Both the position numbers and the translations under genes were made by a program. From positions 30-64,029 of the forward strand of contig NZ_DAIUJO010000003.1 in NCBI RefSeq assembly GCF_036848755.1: DNA of 64,000 nt, written 5' to 3'. Positions 43,031-53,287 of this stretch are shown one piece after another. Position 1 is the stretch's first letter. Each line of letters starts with the position of its first letter. The notes beneath the pieces are model-generated. The model was not told the DNA's origin, ran no database searches, and saw nothing but the letters and a program-made list of their open reading frames with translations. The stretch comes from Sinomonas sp. (lineage in GTDB: Bacteria; Actinomycetota; Actinomycetes; Actinomycetales; Micrococcaceae).

Positions 43031-44734
43031 GTGACTTCTCTCGGCTCTCTCGAGGCCGCCCGCGAAGTGGTCTCCGGACTGCTCGCGGGCGGCGTCCGTC
43101 GCGTGGTCGTGTGCCCTGGGTCCCGCAGCGCCCCCCTCGCCTACGCGCTCGCCGAGGCCGAGGGCCGGGGACTGCTCGAGCTTGTCATCCGCATCGACGA
43201 GCGGGCGGGCGGCTTCACTGCGCTCGGTGCCGCACTCTCGTCGGGGCGTCCGACGGCGGTTCTCACCACGAGCGGGACGGCCGTGGGGAACCTGTTGCCC
43301 GCGGTGATGGAGGCGAACCACGCGGAGGTCCCGCTCGTCGTGCTCTCGGCCGACCGCCCGGCCGAACTCCATGGCACGGGGGCGAACCAGACGACCGAGC
43401 AGCTCGACCTCTTCGGCGAGCACGTGCGCTTCGCGACGTCCATCGCGGCGGGGGAGTCGCCGTCGTCGGCCGTGCGTACCGCGCTCAGTGCCGCGTCGGG
43501 GCTGCTGCCGGGGGTCCCCTCGGGCCCCGTCCAGGTCAATGTGTGCTTCCGGGAGCCGCTCGTCCCCGCCGGGGAGTGGGAGCCGGCGACGGCGGGCTGG
43601 CAGCAGCCGCCGACCGAGGGCTTCGCGTACCGGCGCCCTGCCGTCGCCGCGCTCGGGGGGCTCCCGCCCCGCCGGACGGTGGTCCTCGCCGGGCACGCGG
43701 CCGGGCCGCTCGCCGAGGCGTTCGCGGCCGCCCACGGGCTCCCGCTGCTCGCTGAGCCGTCGTCGAACGCCAGGTTCGGCTCGCACGCCGTCGGGCCCTA
43801 CCGTGTGCTGCTGGATGGGCACCCCGGCGACGGGATAGAGCGCGTCGTGCTGTTCGGCCGGCCCACGCTCAGCCGCCCCGTGACGGCGTTGCTGGCCCGG
43901 GAGGGCGTCGAGACGGCGCTGTACCACCCTCGGCCGGCGGCGTGGTTCGAGGAGGGACGGCGGCGCGAGCGGCTCGTCGAGGACCTCGACGAACTCTCCC
44001 ACTTCGCCGGTCGCGGCGCGGAAGGCTGGCTGGACACGTGGCTGCTCGCGGGCGCGAGCGCCCAGGAGGCCATCGACCGGCTCCTCGCGGGCTCGCCGCT
44101 CTCCGGTCCGAAGCTTGCGCAGCTCGTGTGGCAGCACGCCCGCGGCCAGCTCATGCTCGGCTCCTCGAACGGCATCCGGGACGTGGATCTCGCGGCGCCC
44201 CCGCCCGCCGAGCCCGGCGCCCGAGTGTTCGCCAACCGCGGGCTCTCAGGGATCGACGGAACCATCTCGAGCGCGACCGGGCTGTGGCTCGGAAACCGAC
44301 TCGAGACCACGCTCTTCCTCGGGGATCTCACGTTCCTCCACGACGCCGGGGGCCTGCTGCTCGGCGTGGGCGAGGCTGAGCCCTCGCTTCGGATCGTCGT
44401 GCTCAACGATGCCGGCGGGGCAATCTTCGGGCTCCTCGAGCACGGGCGCGTGGGCGGCGACGAGGCACGCCCCGGCGCCGCCGCCGCCGTCGAACGCCTC
44501 TTCGGCACGCCGCACAAGGCGGACCTGCGAGCGCTCGCGGCGGCCTATGGCATCCGGCACACGGCGGTGCGGACGACGGCGGAGGCCGCTTCCGCGCTTG
44601 CCGCGCCGCGCACGGGCGGCCGGGAGATCATCGAGGCACGGGTGGACCGTTCCGGACTGCGGGGGCTGCACGAACGGCTGCGTTCGGCGGTCACCGAATC
44701 CGTCTCCCCCCAGCACCGTTACGGGTACAGATAA
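43031..44734 (+). CDS. menD: SEPHCHC synthase (2-succinyl-5-enolpyruvyl-6-hydroxy-3-cyclohexene-1-carboxylate synthase)
   Basis: It contains 'VVVCPGSRSAPLAYAL', 'LTTSGTAVGNLLPAVMEA' and the TPP block 'GDLTFLHD'. GTG 43031 was chosen to avoid overlap with the divergent gene. Confidence 0.85.
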   Translation: MTSLGSLEAAREVVSGLLAGGVRRVVVCPGSRSAPLAYALAEAEGRGLLELVIRIDERAGGFTALGAALSSGRPTAVLTTSGTAVGNLLPAVMEANHAEVPLVVLSADRPAELHGTGANQTTEQLDLFGEHVRFATSIAAGESPSSAVRTALSAASGLLPGVPSGPVQVNVCFREPLVPAGEWEPATAGWQQPPTEGFAYRRPAVAALGGLPPRRTVVLAGHAAGPLAEAFAAAHGLPLLAEPSSNARFGSHAVGPYRVLLDGHPGDGIERVVLFGRPTLSRPVTALLAREGVETALYHPRPAAWFEEGRRRERLVEDLDELSHFAGRGAEGWLDTWLLAGASAQEAIDRLLAGSPLSGPKLAQLVWQHARGQLMLGSSNGIRDVDLAAPPPAEPGARVFANRGLSGIDGTISSATGLWLGNRLETTLFLGDLTFLHDAGGLLLGVGEAEPSLRIVVLNDAGGAIFGLLEHGRVGGDEARPGAAAAVERLFGTPHKADLRALAAAYGIRHTAVRTTAEAASALAAPRTGGREIIEARVDRSGLRGLHERLRSAVTESVSPQHRYGYR

Positions 44735-44742
44735 TCGCTGTG

Positions 44743-44800
44743 TGAAGCGTTGCGGGTACGGATACCCGGCTCCTGAAGCGTTGCGGGTACGAATACCCGC
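44743..44800. repeat. Two tandem ~31-bp modules TGAAGCGTTGCGGGTACGRATACCCG, each holding a small hairpin (CGGGTA-n4-TACCCG)
   Basis: The modules were read directly. A degenerate third copy overlaps the menD 3' end (about 44711-44735). Confidence 0.7.
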
Positions 44801-44837
44801 GGGGTAGTGCGGGCTCCCTCACAGGAAGACGCCTTGT

Positions 44838-44872
44838 CGCGGGGAAGGCGCGCTGAGAGCGTCTTCCCCGCG
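44838..44872. terminator. 10-bp perfect stem hairpin (CGCGGGGAAG-n15-CTTCCCCGCG) in the convergent menD/ABC intergenic region
   Basis: The hairpin was read directly. There is no clear U-tract. Confidence 0.45.
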
Positions 44873-44901
44873 AAAAGGCGTCGTGGGAATGCGTCGGGCG
44901 G

Positions 44902-45729
44902 TCAGAGGACCTTGCTGAGGAAGCTCCTCGTTCGCTCCTGCCGCGGGTTGGCGATGACGTCGCGGGGGTTGCCCGATTCGACGACGACGCCGCCGTCCAT
45001 GAAGGTCAGGGTGTCCCCGACCTCGCGGGCGAAGCCGATCTCATGGGTGACGACGACCATGGTCATGCCGGACTTGGCGAGGTCCTTCATGACGTTGAGG
45101 ACATCTCCGACGAGCTCGGGGTCGAGGGCGGAGGTGGGCTCGTCGAAGAGCATCAGCTCTGGATCCATGGCCAGAGCCCGGGCGATCGCGACGCGCTGCT
45201 GCTGGCCGCCGGAGAGCTGGGCCGGGTAGTGCTTGGCCCGGTCGGAGAGGCCGACGCGGTCGAGGAGCTCGAGGGCGCGCCTTCTGGCCACGGCCTTGTC
45301 CTGGCCCTTGACCTGGACGGGGGCCTCCATGATGTTCTCGAGGGCCGTCTTGTGGCCGAAGAGGTTGAAGCGCTGGAACACCATGCCGATGTTGCGGCGC
45401 TGGGCGGCGATCTCCTTCACGTGCAGCTCGTGGAGCTTGCCGCCCTTTTCGCGGTAGCCGATGAGCTCGTCCTTGACCCAGATCCGCCCCGCACTGATGG
45501 TCTCGAGGTGGTTGACGCAGCGCAGGAGGGTGGACTTGCCGGACCCGGACGGCCCGATGAGCACCGAGACCTCGCCCTGCTTGACGGTCATGTCGATCCC
45601 GCGCAGGACGTGGTGCTCCCCGAAGTACTTGTGGACGCTCTCGATCCGGACCAGATCCTTTGCGCCCTGCAGGGATGAGGGGGCGGAAAGAGGCTGGCTG
45701 TTCGGGCTCGTCTGGGCTGAGGCGCTCAT
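44902..45729 (-). CDS. Polar amino-acid ABC transporter ATP-binding protein
   Basis: It has Walker A 'GPSGSGKST', the signature '[15 protein letters not shown]' and Walker B '[12 protein letters not shown]'. Confidence 0.9.
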   Translation of the reverse strand: MSASAQTSPNSQPLSAPSSLQGAKDLVRIESVHKYFGEHHVLRGIDMTVKQGEVSVLIGPSGSGKSTLLRCVNHLETISAGRIWVKDELIGYREKGGKLHELHVKEIAAQRRNIGMVFQRFNLFGHKTALENIMEAPVQVKGQDKAVARRRALELLDRVGLSDRAKHYPAQLSGGQQQRVAIARALAMDPELMLFDEPTSALDPELVGDVLNVMKDLAKSGMTMVVVTHEIGFAREVGDTLTFMDGGVVVESGNPRDVIANPRQERTRSFLSKVL

Positions 45730-46733
45730 CGTCCGCTCTCCTCGATCGTGGGGCCGGCCGCGGTCGGACCCCCGGGGATGGCGTCGCCCGGGACCGAATC
45801 CGTACGTGCGGCCGCGGCCTTGGCCGCAGCCGGGTTCACGGCGGCAGCGGCGACGAGGTTGTCCACGCCCCTGCCGTAGTACTTCTCGATGTAGTGCTGG
45901 CCGACCATGAGGATGCTCGTGACCAGCAGGTACCAGGCGGCCGCCACGATCAGCAGCGGGATTGGCTGGTAGGTGCGGTTCGCCAACGCGTTCGTGACAA
46001 AAGTCAGGTCATAGGTGAACGGGACCGCGAGGACGAGGGAGGTCGTCTTGAGCATGCCGATCGTCTCGTTGCCTGTCGGCGGCACGATGACCCGCATTGC
46101 CTGGGGCAGGATGATCCGCCACATGACCTTCGTCCCACGCATTCCGAGGGCCTCGGCGGCTTCCATCTGACCCCTGTCTACGGACTTCAGGCCCGCTCGG
46201 AAGATCTCGGCGAGGTATGCGGATTCGTTGAGGCCGAGGCCCAGGACGGCGGGGATGAAGCCCTTCGACGGGTCGCTGAGGATGTAGGTGGCCAGTGCAG
46301 GTCCGAACGGGATGCCGAGCGAGATCGTGGGGTACAGCACCGTGACCAGACCCCAGAAGATCAGCTGGGTGTAGACCGGAGTGCCGCGGAAGAACCAGAC
46401 CCAGAACCATGACGACCAGCGCAGGATCGGGTTGTCCGACTGCCGCATGAACGCGAGGACAATTGCCAGGATGATGGCGAGGAGCATCGACAGGACGGTC
46501 AGGAGCAGGGTCCAGCCCACGCCCTGGACGACGTTGACGTCTCGGATGTAGGCAGCGACAGTACCCCACGCGAAGCGGGGGTTGGTGGCGAGGCTCTGGA
46601 CGGCCAGCGCGGCGAGGATGAGGATGATGGCGGCTGCGATCCACCGGCCCGGGTGGCGCACCGGAACTGCCTTGATCAGTTCCGGTGCGCCACCCCGAGT
46701 GGCCTCGGCGGTGTCCGCCTGGCGAGCAGTCAT
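45726..46733 (-). CDS. Amino-acid ABC transporter permease
   Basis: It has the His/Glu/Gln/Arg-type permease core '[34 protein letters not shown]'. I chose ATG 46733 (MTARQA). Confidence 0.88.
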   Translation of the reverse strand: MTARQADTAEATRGGAPELIKAVPVRHPGRWIAAAIILILAALAVQSLATNPRFAWGTVAAYIRDVNVVQGVGWTLLLTVLSMLLAIILAIVLAFMRQSDNPILRWSSWFWVWFFRGTPVYTQLIFWGLVTVLYPTISLGIPFGPALATYILSDPSKGFIPAVLGLGLNESAYLAEIFRAGLKSVDRGQMEAAEALGMRGTKVMWRIILPQAMRVIVPPTGNETIGMLKTTSLVLAVPFTYDLTFVTNALANRTYQPIPLLIVAAAWYLLVTSILMVGQHYIEKYYGRGVDNLVAAAAVNPAAAKAAAARTDSVPGDAIPGGPTAAGPTIEESGR

Positions 46734-46738
46734 GACGG

Positions 46739-47680
46739 TCACGAGGAGACGGACGGGTTGACCTCGGCCTTGGAGACGGCGCCGTCGGCGTTGTTCCACG
46801 TGTCGAGGATCTTCTTGTAGGTGCCATCGGAGATGAGCTTCGTCATCACCTTCTGGACGAGATCGGCGAGGGCCGTGTCGCTCTTGGCAACCGCGATGCC
46901 CTCCGGCGCCATCTCGGTCGTGTCGCCGACCTTCTCGAGCGCGCCGTTGGTCTGCTGGATCGCGTAGCTGATGACGGGCGAGTCTGCGGACATGGCGTCG
47001 AGCGCGCCGCTGACGAGCCGCGTGTTGAGGTCGGTCTGCGCGGCGAGGGAGACGATGTCGATCGCCTTCTTGCCCGACGAGGTGCACTTGTCGCTGAGCG
47101 CCTTGACCTCGTCAGCCTCGGTGGTACCAGTCTGGACGCCGACGGTCTTGCCGCAGACGTCGCTCGTCGAGAAGTTCTTCGGGTTGCCCTTCTGGACGGC
47201 CCATGCGACGCCCGCGTTGAAGTAGCTCACGAAGTTGACCGCCTTGAGGCGCTCGTTGGTGATCGTGAACGAGCTGATCCCGAGATCGTACTTCGGGCCG
47301 AGGGCGGGGAGGATGCCCGTGAAGTCGGCCGTCTGGACGTCCGCCTTGAGCCCGAGCGTCGCCGCGATCGCCTTCGCGAAGTCGACGTCGTAGCCCATCG
47401 GCGTGTGGTTGTCCGAGCCGCCGAGGAATTCGGCCGGCGCGTAGGTCGTGTCGGAACCGACGACGAGGGTGCCCTTGGACTTGATGGCAGCGGGCACCTG
47501 CGACGCCAGCGAATCGTCCTTCTGCACCGTGCTGGGATCGAAGCTGGCAGCGGCCGAACCCGAGCTGCTGGGCTGCGTGCCGCCGCCCGTCTCGGACGCG
47601 TTGGTGCAGGCGGTCAGTGCGAGCGCGCTGACCGCAAGGACCACGGCGCCCTTGGCGGCAAGCTTCGTGGAGAAAGTCAT
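46739..47680 (-). CDS. Amino-acid ABC transporter substrate-binding lipoprotein
   Basis: It has the lipobox 'LALTAC' and an SBP_bac_3-like body. I chose ATG 47680 (MTFSTKL). Confidence 0.85.
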   Translation of the reverse strand: MTFSTKLAAKGAVVLAVSALALTACTNASETGGGTQPSSSGSAAASFDPSTVQKDDSLASQVPAAIKSKGTLVVGSDTTYAPAEFLGGSDNHTPMGYDVDFAKAIAATLGLKADVQTADFTGILPALGPKYDLGISSFTITNERLKAVNFVSYFNAGVAWAVQKGNPKNFSTSDVCGKTVGVQTGTTEADEVKALSDKCTSSGKKAIDIVSLAAQTDLNTRLVSGALDAMSADSPVISYAIQQTNGALEKVGDTTEMAPEGIAVAKSDTALADLVQKVMTKLISDGTYKKILDTWNNADGAVSKAEVNPSVSS

Positions 47681-47892
47681 AAGTCGTCCCTTACTTGGAG
47701 GTACTGGCAAACAGGTGCTAGAGCGACATCCATCCTACCGGCTCCTGAGAGCATTGAGATGTTCGTCACATGCAACTTTCGTTTCCCCATTGGACAACGA
47801 AACGCGATCCAGCGCAAGCCCGATTCAGGGGGAAGATTCTGGAACCCCGGACGCAGGTGTCCGCCATCCCGGACGGACTCGGCCAGGCGGCG

Positions 47893-49215
47893 TCAGCGTT
47901 CGACGCCGAGTGCCTCGAGCATCGGGCGGAACTTCGCCCACGTCTCGGCGAGCTCAGCTTCCGGCAGCGAGCCCTCCACGATGCCGCAGCCCGCGTAGAG
48001 CCGGGCCGCCGTCGTGCCCTCTAAGACGCCTCCGCGCAGCGCGATGCCGAACTCGCCGTTGCCCGCGCCGTCGAGCCATCCGACCGGGCCCGCGTACGGC
48101 CCCCGGTCGAGCTCTTCGAGCTCCAGGATCAGGTCGCCTGCGACCTTGGTCGGCGTCCCGCAGACGGCAGCGGTCGGATGCAGGGCGTTGACGAGTGCGA
48201 GGGGCGTCGGGACGTGCCCCTCGATCTCGGCGAGCTCGGCCTTGACATCCGAGGCCAAGTGGAACACGTTGGGCAGCTCGAGGATGAACGGCTCGTCGTG
48301 GGCGTTGAGGGCCTCCGAGAACGGTTCGAGAGCGGTCGTGAGCGACTCGATGGCGATCTGGTGTTCGTGGCGCTGCTTGGGCGATCCCGCGAGGACCCGT
48401 TCCGCGTAGCCCGGCCCCGCGCCGTCGGCGTCGCGACGGTCGAGCGTCCCGGCGAGCACGCGCGCCTGCGCCGTGCGGCCCTCGACCTGGATCAGCATCT
48501 CGGGTGTCGCGCCGACGAGCCCGTCGACGCCGTATACCCAGCAGTCCCGGTAGGCCGACGCAAGCCGCCGGAGGACGCGCTCGCGGGGGATCCCGCCGTC
48601 GTCCTCTACCAGCACGTCCCGGGCGAGCACGAGCTTCTCGAGCTCGCCCGCGCGGATGTGCCGTACCCCGGACGCGACCGCGCCCATCCAGCGCTGCTCG
48701 CCGAGCCGTCCCGGCCGCACCCTGAGGTGGGCGCCGTTCGACGCCGCCGTCGCGGCGGTCGAGGTCCAACGTTCGACGCCGGCCCGCAGGTCCCGTTCGG
48801 ACGGGCGCCTGCCGTCCGCGGTGAGCTGGGTGGCCCACGCGCGGCCCTCCCTGATCCCGACGACGATCTCGGGCACAACGAGCCGTGACGCGTACTCGGA
48901 CGTCTGGGAGAACGCGAACGAGCCGAACGCGAGCGGGCCCGTCCCGGGATGCTGGAGCGCGTCGTCGACCTCGGCGTCGAGGGTGAGCTGCTTCCACCAC
49001 GCCTCTGCCTCGATGAAGCGGTCGGCGCCCGTCGCGGTGAAGCGGACGGCTTCGCCGAACCCCAGGTGGCCCTCGCCGCGCCGGACCCAGCAGAGGGCCT
49101 CGGGCCGGTTGAGCGCGCTCGCGAGGTCGTCGAAGGGGAAGCCGCCACGTGCGTCGACCCCGCGCTGGTCGACAGCGCCCAGATCGATGGTGAGGGCGCG
49201 CAAAGGGGAGCTCAT
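47893..49215 (-). CDS. menF: Isochorismate synthase
   Basis: It has the chorismate-binding C-terminus 'LHPTAAVCGTPT...LDRGPYAGPVGWLDGAGNGEFGIALR'. Confidence 0.85.
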   Translation of the reverse strand: MSSPLRALTIDLGAVDQRGVDARGGFPFDDLASALNRPEALCWVRRGEGHLGFGEAVRFTATGADRFIEAEAWWKQLTLDAEVDDALQHPGTGPLAFGSFAFSQTSEYASRLVVPEIVVGIREGRAWATQLTADGRRPSERDLRAGVERWTSTAATAASNGAHLRVRPGRLGEQRWMGAVASGVRHIRAGELEKLVLARDVLVEDDGGIPRERVLRRLASAYRDCWVYGVDGLVGATPEMLIQVEGRTAQARVLAGTLDRRDADGAGPGYAERVLAGSPKQRHEHQIAIESLTTALEPFSEALNAHDEPFILELPNVFHLASDVKAELAEIEGHVPTPLALVNALHPTAAVCGTPTKVAGDLILELEELDRGPYAGPVGWLDGAGNGEFGIALRGGVLEGTTAARLYAGCGIVEGSLPEAELAETWAKFRPMLEALGVER

Positions 49216-49970
49216 GATGCGTCAAGCGTACGCGCTGGCCTCCGGGCCGGCCGCGCCGGGCGCCGCTCGGGACCGGCCGGACGCCGGAAGAGCTCGGGCC
49301 GCGCGGCCTGGATCTGCTCGAGGTCGTCGAGGACGAAGCGCAGGTGGGCGCGCAGTTCGTCCCGCGCCCGCTCCAGGTTGCCCTCGGCGACGGCCTCGTG
49401 CACGCGTCGGTGGTCCGCGACGTACTCGCCGATGGACCGGTAGCCGCTCAGGCCGAGGTAGCGCGCGCGGTCGAGGTGGCCCTTCGCGCTCTGCACGGCT
49501 GTCCACGCCGACTCGTGGCCGGCGATCGCGAGGAGCGTCCGGTGGAACTGCTCGTCGAGGGGATAGAAGTCCTCCGGTCGCGTGCACGCGTCCTGCGCGG
49601 CGAGGATCTCCTCGACTTCCGCACCCTGCTCGGGCGTCCAGTGCTCGATGCACGCCTCGAGCGAGGCGACCTCGATGGCCTCGCGGACGAACTGGGCCTG
49701 ACGGACCATGTCGGGGTCGATGAGCGAGACGTAGCTGCCGCGCTGGGGTCGGATGTCCACGAGCCCCTCTTGCGCAAGGAGCAGGAGTGCCTCGCGCACC
49801 GGGGTGCGGCTGAGGTCGAGCCGGAGGGCGAGGTCATTCTCGCTGAGCAGCGCGCCGGGCGGTTCGTCTCCGCGGACGATAAGTTCGCGGATGTGCTCGT
49901 ACGCGAGCTCGCGGTTCGACGGCGGACGGGCGGCCGACGACGGCGGCGCGCCCGGGAGGGACGGGGCCAT
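49212..49970 (-). CDS. GntR-family (FadR/FCD subfamily) transcriptional regulator
   Basis: It contains 'LSENDLALRLDLSRTPVREALLLLAQEGLVDIRPQRGSYV'. Its stop overlaps the menF start (4 bp). I chose ATG 49970. Confidence 0.85.
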   Translation of the reverse strand: MAPSLPGAPPSSAARPPSNRELAYEHIRELIVRGDEPPGALLSENDLALRLDLSRTPVREALLLLAQEGLVDIRPQRGSYVSLIDPDMVRQAQFVREAIEVASLEACIEHWTPEQGAEVEEILAAQDACTRPEDFYPLDEQFHRTLLAIAGHESAWTAVQSAKGHLDRARYLGLSGYRSIGEYVADHRRVHEAVAEGNLERARDELRAHLRFVLDDLEQIQAARPELFRRPAGPERRPARPARRPARTLDAS

Positions 49971-50101
49971 GCGTCCAACATTAGGCGGCGCGAGGCGCGG
50001 ATGAGGCCCGGGCGCAGCCGACTTCAGGCGGGGCGGTCGACAAATCTGGTATGGCAGTGATTGAATGGGGGAAGCCGCCCCCATCCCCCAGGAGGAACCC
50101 C

Positions 50102-51118
50102 ATGAGCTTGGCCGTCGTCGTCCATGCAGCCGGTGATCTGCGCCTCGACCCCGTCGAGCCCCGCGAGCCGGGACCCCTCGAGGCTCTGGTTGCCATCGAG
50201 TACGGCGGGATCTGCGGAAGCGACCTGCACTACGTCAAGCACGGCGCGGCGGGCCTGAGCATCCTCAAGGACCCGATGGTCCTCGGCCACGAGGTGGCGG
50301 GCCGCGTTGCCGCCCTCGGCTCCGAGGTGACCGGCTTCGAGGTAGGCCAGGCGGTGGCCGTCCACCCTGCCATCGTGTGCGGCGAGTGCGAGTTCTGCAC
50401 CTCGGGGCGGCCGAACCTGTGCGGCAACGTGCACCACCTCGGCTCGGCCGCCTATTACCCCCACACGGAGGGCGCCTTCTCGGCGCTGACCGTGGTTCCC
50501 GCGAGCCAGCTTCGTGCCGTGCCCGATGGCGTGAGCACCCGCCTCGCTGCGGTCGCCGAACCGCTCGGCGTCGCCATCCACGCCGTGCGCCGCGCCGGCT
50601 CGATCGAAGGCAAGACCGTCCTCGTCAACGGCGCAGGGCCCATCGGCGCCCTCGTCGTCGCCGCCGCGCGCAAGGCGGGCGCCGCCCGCGTCGTCGCGAG
50701 CGACCTGGCTGCGGGCTCCCTCGCCATTGCGCGGCGCATGGGAGCGGACGACGTCGTCAACCTCGCCGAGGGCGGCACGCTGCCGGAGACCGATGTGGTG
50801 TTCGAGGCCTCGGGCGCGCCCGCCGCCGTCACGAGCGTCCTCCGAGCCGTGAAGCGTGGCGGGATCGTGGTGCAGGTCGGGAACCTTCCTGCGGGCCTCC
50901 TCGAGGTCTCGCTCGCCGAAGTCGTCTTCCGCGAGATCGACTACCGCGGGTCGTTCCGTTTCGTGGACGAGATCTCGACCGCACTCGAGTACCTCGCCGA
51001 CGGCCTCGACCTCGAGCCCATGCTCACTCACGAATACCCGGTGGAGGAGGCCGTCGAGGCGTTCCGCGTCGCGGGGGATCGCGGCACGGGTTCCTCGAAG
51101 GTGCTCCTTCGCTTCTGA
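50102..51118 (+). CDS. Zn-dependent medium-chain dehydrogenase (L-idonate 5-dehydrogenase / sorbitol dehydrogenase-like)
   Basis: It contains '[16 protein letters not shown]', 'GHEVAG' and '[10 protein letters not shown]'. ATG 50102 follows AGGAGGA. Confidence 0.75.
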   Translation: MSLAVVVHAAGDLRLDPVEPREPGPLEALVAIEYGGICGSDLHYVKHGAAGLSILKDPMVLGHEVAGRVAALGSEVTGFEVGQAVAVHPAIVCGECEFCTSGRPNLCGNVHHLGSAAYYPHTEGAFSALTVVPASQLRAVPDGVSTRLAAVAEPLGVAIHAVRRAGSIEGKTVLVNGAGPIGALVVAAARKAGAARVVASDLAAGSLAIARRMGADDVVNLAEGGTLPETDVVFEASGAPAAVTSVLRAVKRGGIVVQVGNLPAGLLEVSLAEVVFREIDYRGSFRFVDEISTALEYLADGLDLEPMLTHEYPVEEAVEAFRVAGDRGTGSSKVLLRF

Positions 51119-51171
51119 GAGGTGGGGGTCCTGAGCGGCCGCGTCCGGAGGGTCGGCGGAAGTTTGGCAGA

Positions 51172-51945
51172 ATGGGCCGGGTGAGCACAGGCAAGAGGGC
51201 ATCGCTTCAGAAGGTTCCCGGCGACGTTGCGAGCATGTTCGACGACGTGGCGCCTCGCTACGACGTCGTCAACGACCTGCTCTCGCTGGGCCAGACGCGC
51301 AGGTGGCGCAAGGTCGTCTTCGACGCCGTCGGCGCGAAGCCCGGTCAGCGCGTGCTCGACCTGGCGGCTGGTACAGGCACGTCCGCGGAGCCGTACGCCG
51401 ACGCGGGCATCGAGGTCGTCGCATGCGACTTCTCGCTCGGCATGCTGCGCGTGGGCAAGCGCCGCCGTCCGGACATCGACTTCATCGCGGGCGACGCGAC
51501 GCGCCTGCCGTTCGCCGACAATTCGTTCGACGCCGTCACCATCTCGTTCGGCCTGCGCAACGTGAGCGAGCCGCACCGGGCGCTCCAGGAGATGCTGCGC
51601 GTCACCAAGCCGGGCGGCAAGCTCGTGGTCGCCGAGTTCTCCTCGCCCGTGAACCCGCTGTGGCGCACCATGTACCTCGAGTACCTCATGCGAGCCCTTC
51701 CGCCGATCGCGCGCAAGGCGTCCTCGAACCCGGACGCCTACGTCTACCTCGCGGAATCGATCCGCGCGTGGCCCGACCAGGACCACCTCGCGGACTGGAT
51801 CATGGAGGACGGCTGGGAGAACGTCGAGTACCGGAACCTCTCCGGCGGAATCGTCGCGGTGCATCGCGCCACTAAGCCGCTGCCGGCCGCGGCGCAGTCG
51901 GGGCCCGTGGAGAAGATCCGGCGCGCGCGGCGCGCGGCGGGCTGA
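51172..51945 (+). CDS. menG: Demethylmenaquinone methyltransferase (UbiE/MenG)
   Basis: It contains '[25 protein letters not shown]', the SAM motif 'VLDLAAGTG' and 'SFGLRNV'. Confidence 0.88.
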   Translation: MGRVSTGKRASLQKVPGDVASMFDDVAPRYDVVNDLLSLGQTRRWRKVVFDAVGAKPGQRVLDLAAGTGTSAEPYADAGIEVVACDFSLGMLRVGKRRRPDIDFIAGDATRLPFADNSFDAVTISFGLRNVSEPHRALQEMLRVTKPGGKLVVAEFSSPVNPLWRTMYLEYLMRALPPIARKASSNPDAYVYLAESIRAWPDQDHLADWIMEDGWENVEYRNLSGGIVAVHRATKPLPAAAQSGPVEKIRRARRAAG

Positions 51946-51952
51946 GGGGCGC

Positions 51953-53287
51953 ATGGAGGTCCTGATCGTCGGTGCCGGCCCGGCCGGCTCGACTGCGGCC
52001 CACTATCTCGCGCGCTCCGGCGTCGAGGTGACGGTGCTCGAGAAGACCCGTTTCCCCCGCGAGAAGGTGTGCGGCGACGGACTCACCCCTCGGGCCGTCC
52101 GCGAAATCCAGCTCCTCGGGCTGCCCCATGCCGCCGAGGACGGGTGGCGGCGCAACCGTGGCCTCCGTCTCGTTGCCGGCGGACGAACGATCGAGTTGCC
52201 GTGGCCCGGGGGCGGCGAGTTTCCCGACTACGGCCTCATCCGCACTCGGCTCGGGTTCGACGAGGCCCTTGCACGCCACGCCGAGGCGGCCGGCGCCAGG
52301 ATCCTCGAGGGGCACAGCGTCACCGAAGTCTTGACGGACGACGGCGGGCGGGTCGTGGGCGCGCGCGTGCAGCTCCTCGACGAGGACGGCAGGAAGACGG
52401 GGGAGACTCGGGACTTCCGGGCCGACGTCGTGCTCGCAGCCGACGGCAATTCCACCCGGGCCGCCGTGTCGCGGGGTCTCGCCAAGCGCGACGACCGGCC
52501 GCTCGGCGTCGCCTACCGCACCTACTTCCGCAGCCCGCGCCACGAGGACGACTGGATGGAGGGCTGGCTCGAGCTTCCCGGCCGCGACGGCAAGCCGCTC
52601 CCCGGCTACGGTTGGGTGTTCGGGGTCGGCGACGGCACGTCCAACGTGGGCTTGGGCATCCTCAACTCGTCCAAGGAGTTCGGCAGGCTCGACTACCGGC
52701 AGGTGCTCCGCGACTGGACCGCTTCGATGCCCCCGGAATGGGGGTTCACCGAGGCGAACCAGGCGGCCCCGGTCCGGGGCGCGGCCCTTCCCATGGGCTT
52801 CAACCGGACGCCTCACGTGGTGCCGGGCATGGCGCTCCTCGGCGACGCGGGCGGCATGGTGAGCCCGTTCAACGGAGAGGGCATCAGCTACGCCATGGAG
52901 TCCGGGCGCTACGCGGCGCAATTCCTCGTGGATGCAGCGGCAGCCCAGCGCTCGGCGGGTCTGGGGCGGCCGGCGGCGGACGACGTCGACCGTCGCCTCC
53001 GCGCCTACGCCGACTACGTGCGCAACCAGTGGGGGAGCCACTTCACGCTCGGCCGGACGTTCGCGGCGCTCATCGGCCGGCCCGCCGTCATGCGCCTCGC
53101 CCTGCGCACCGGAATGCCGGTCCCGGCGCTCATGCGCGTCGTCGTCCGTCTCCTCGCGAACCTCACCGAACCGCGAGGGGGAGGCCTTGAGGACCGCGCC
53201 ATCCGGCTCCTCGAGACGCTCACGCCCGCGACATCGAACCTGCATCTGCCCGGCCCGAAGTTAGGCTTGACCCGTGACGAACTCTGA
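51953..53287 (+). CDS. menJ: Geranylgeranyl-reductase family flavoprotein (menaquinone side-chain reductase MenJ-like)
   Basis: It contains 'VLIVGAGPAGSTAAHYLARSG' and 'KVCGDGLTPRAV'. It sits between menG and a polyprenyl synthase, the same order I recall from mycobacteria (not verified here). Confidence 0.65.
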   Translation: MEVLIVGAGPAGSTAAHYLARSGVEVTVLEKTRFPREKVCGDGLTPRAVREIQLLGLPHAAEDGWRRNRGLRLVAGGRTIELPWPGGGEFPDYGLIRTRLGFDEALARHAEAAGARILEGHSVTEVLTDDGGRVVGARVQLLDEDGRKTGETRDFRADVVLAADGNSTRAAVSRGLAKRDDRPLGVAYRTYFRSPRHEDDWMEGWLELPGRDGKPLPGYGWVFGVGDGTSNVGLGILNSSKEFGRLDYRQVLRDWTASMPPEWGFTEANQAAPVRGAALPMGFNRTPHVVPGMALLGDAGGMVSPFNGEGISYAMESGRYAAQFLVDAAAAQRSAGLGRPAADDVDRRLRAYADYVRNQWGSHFTLGRTFAALIGRPAVMRLALRTGMPVPALMRVVVRLLANLTEPRGGGLEDRAIRLLETLTPATSNLHLPGPKLGLTRDEL

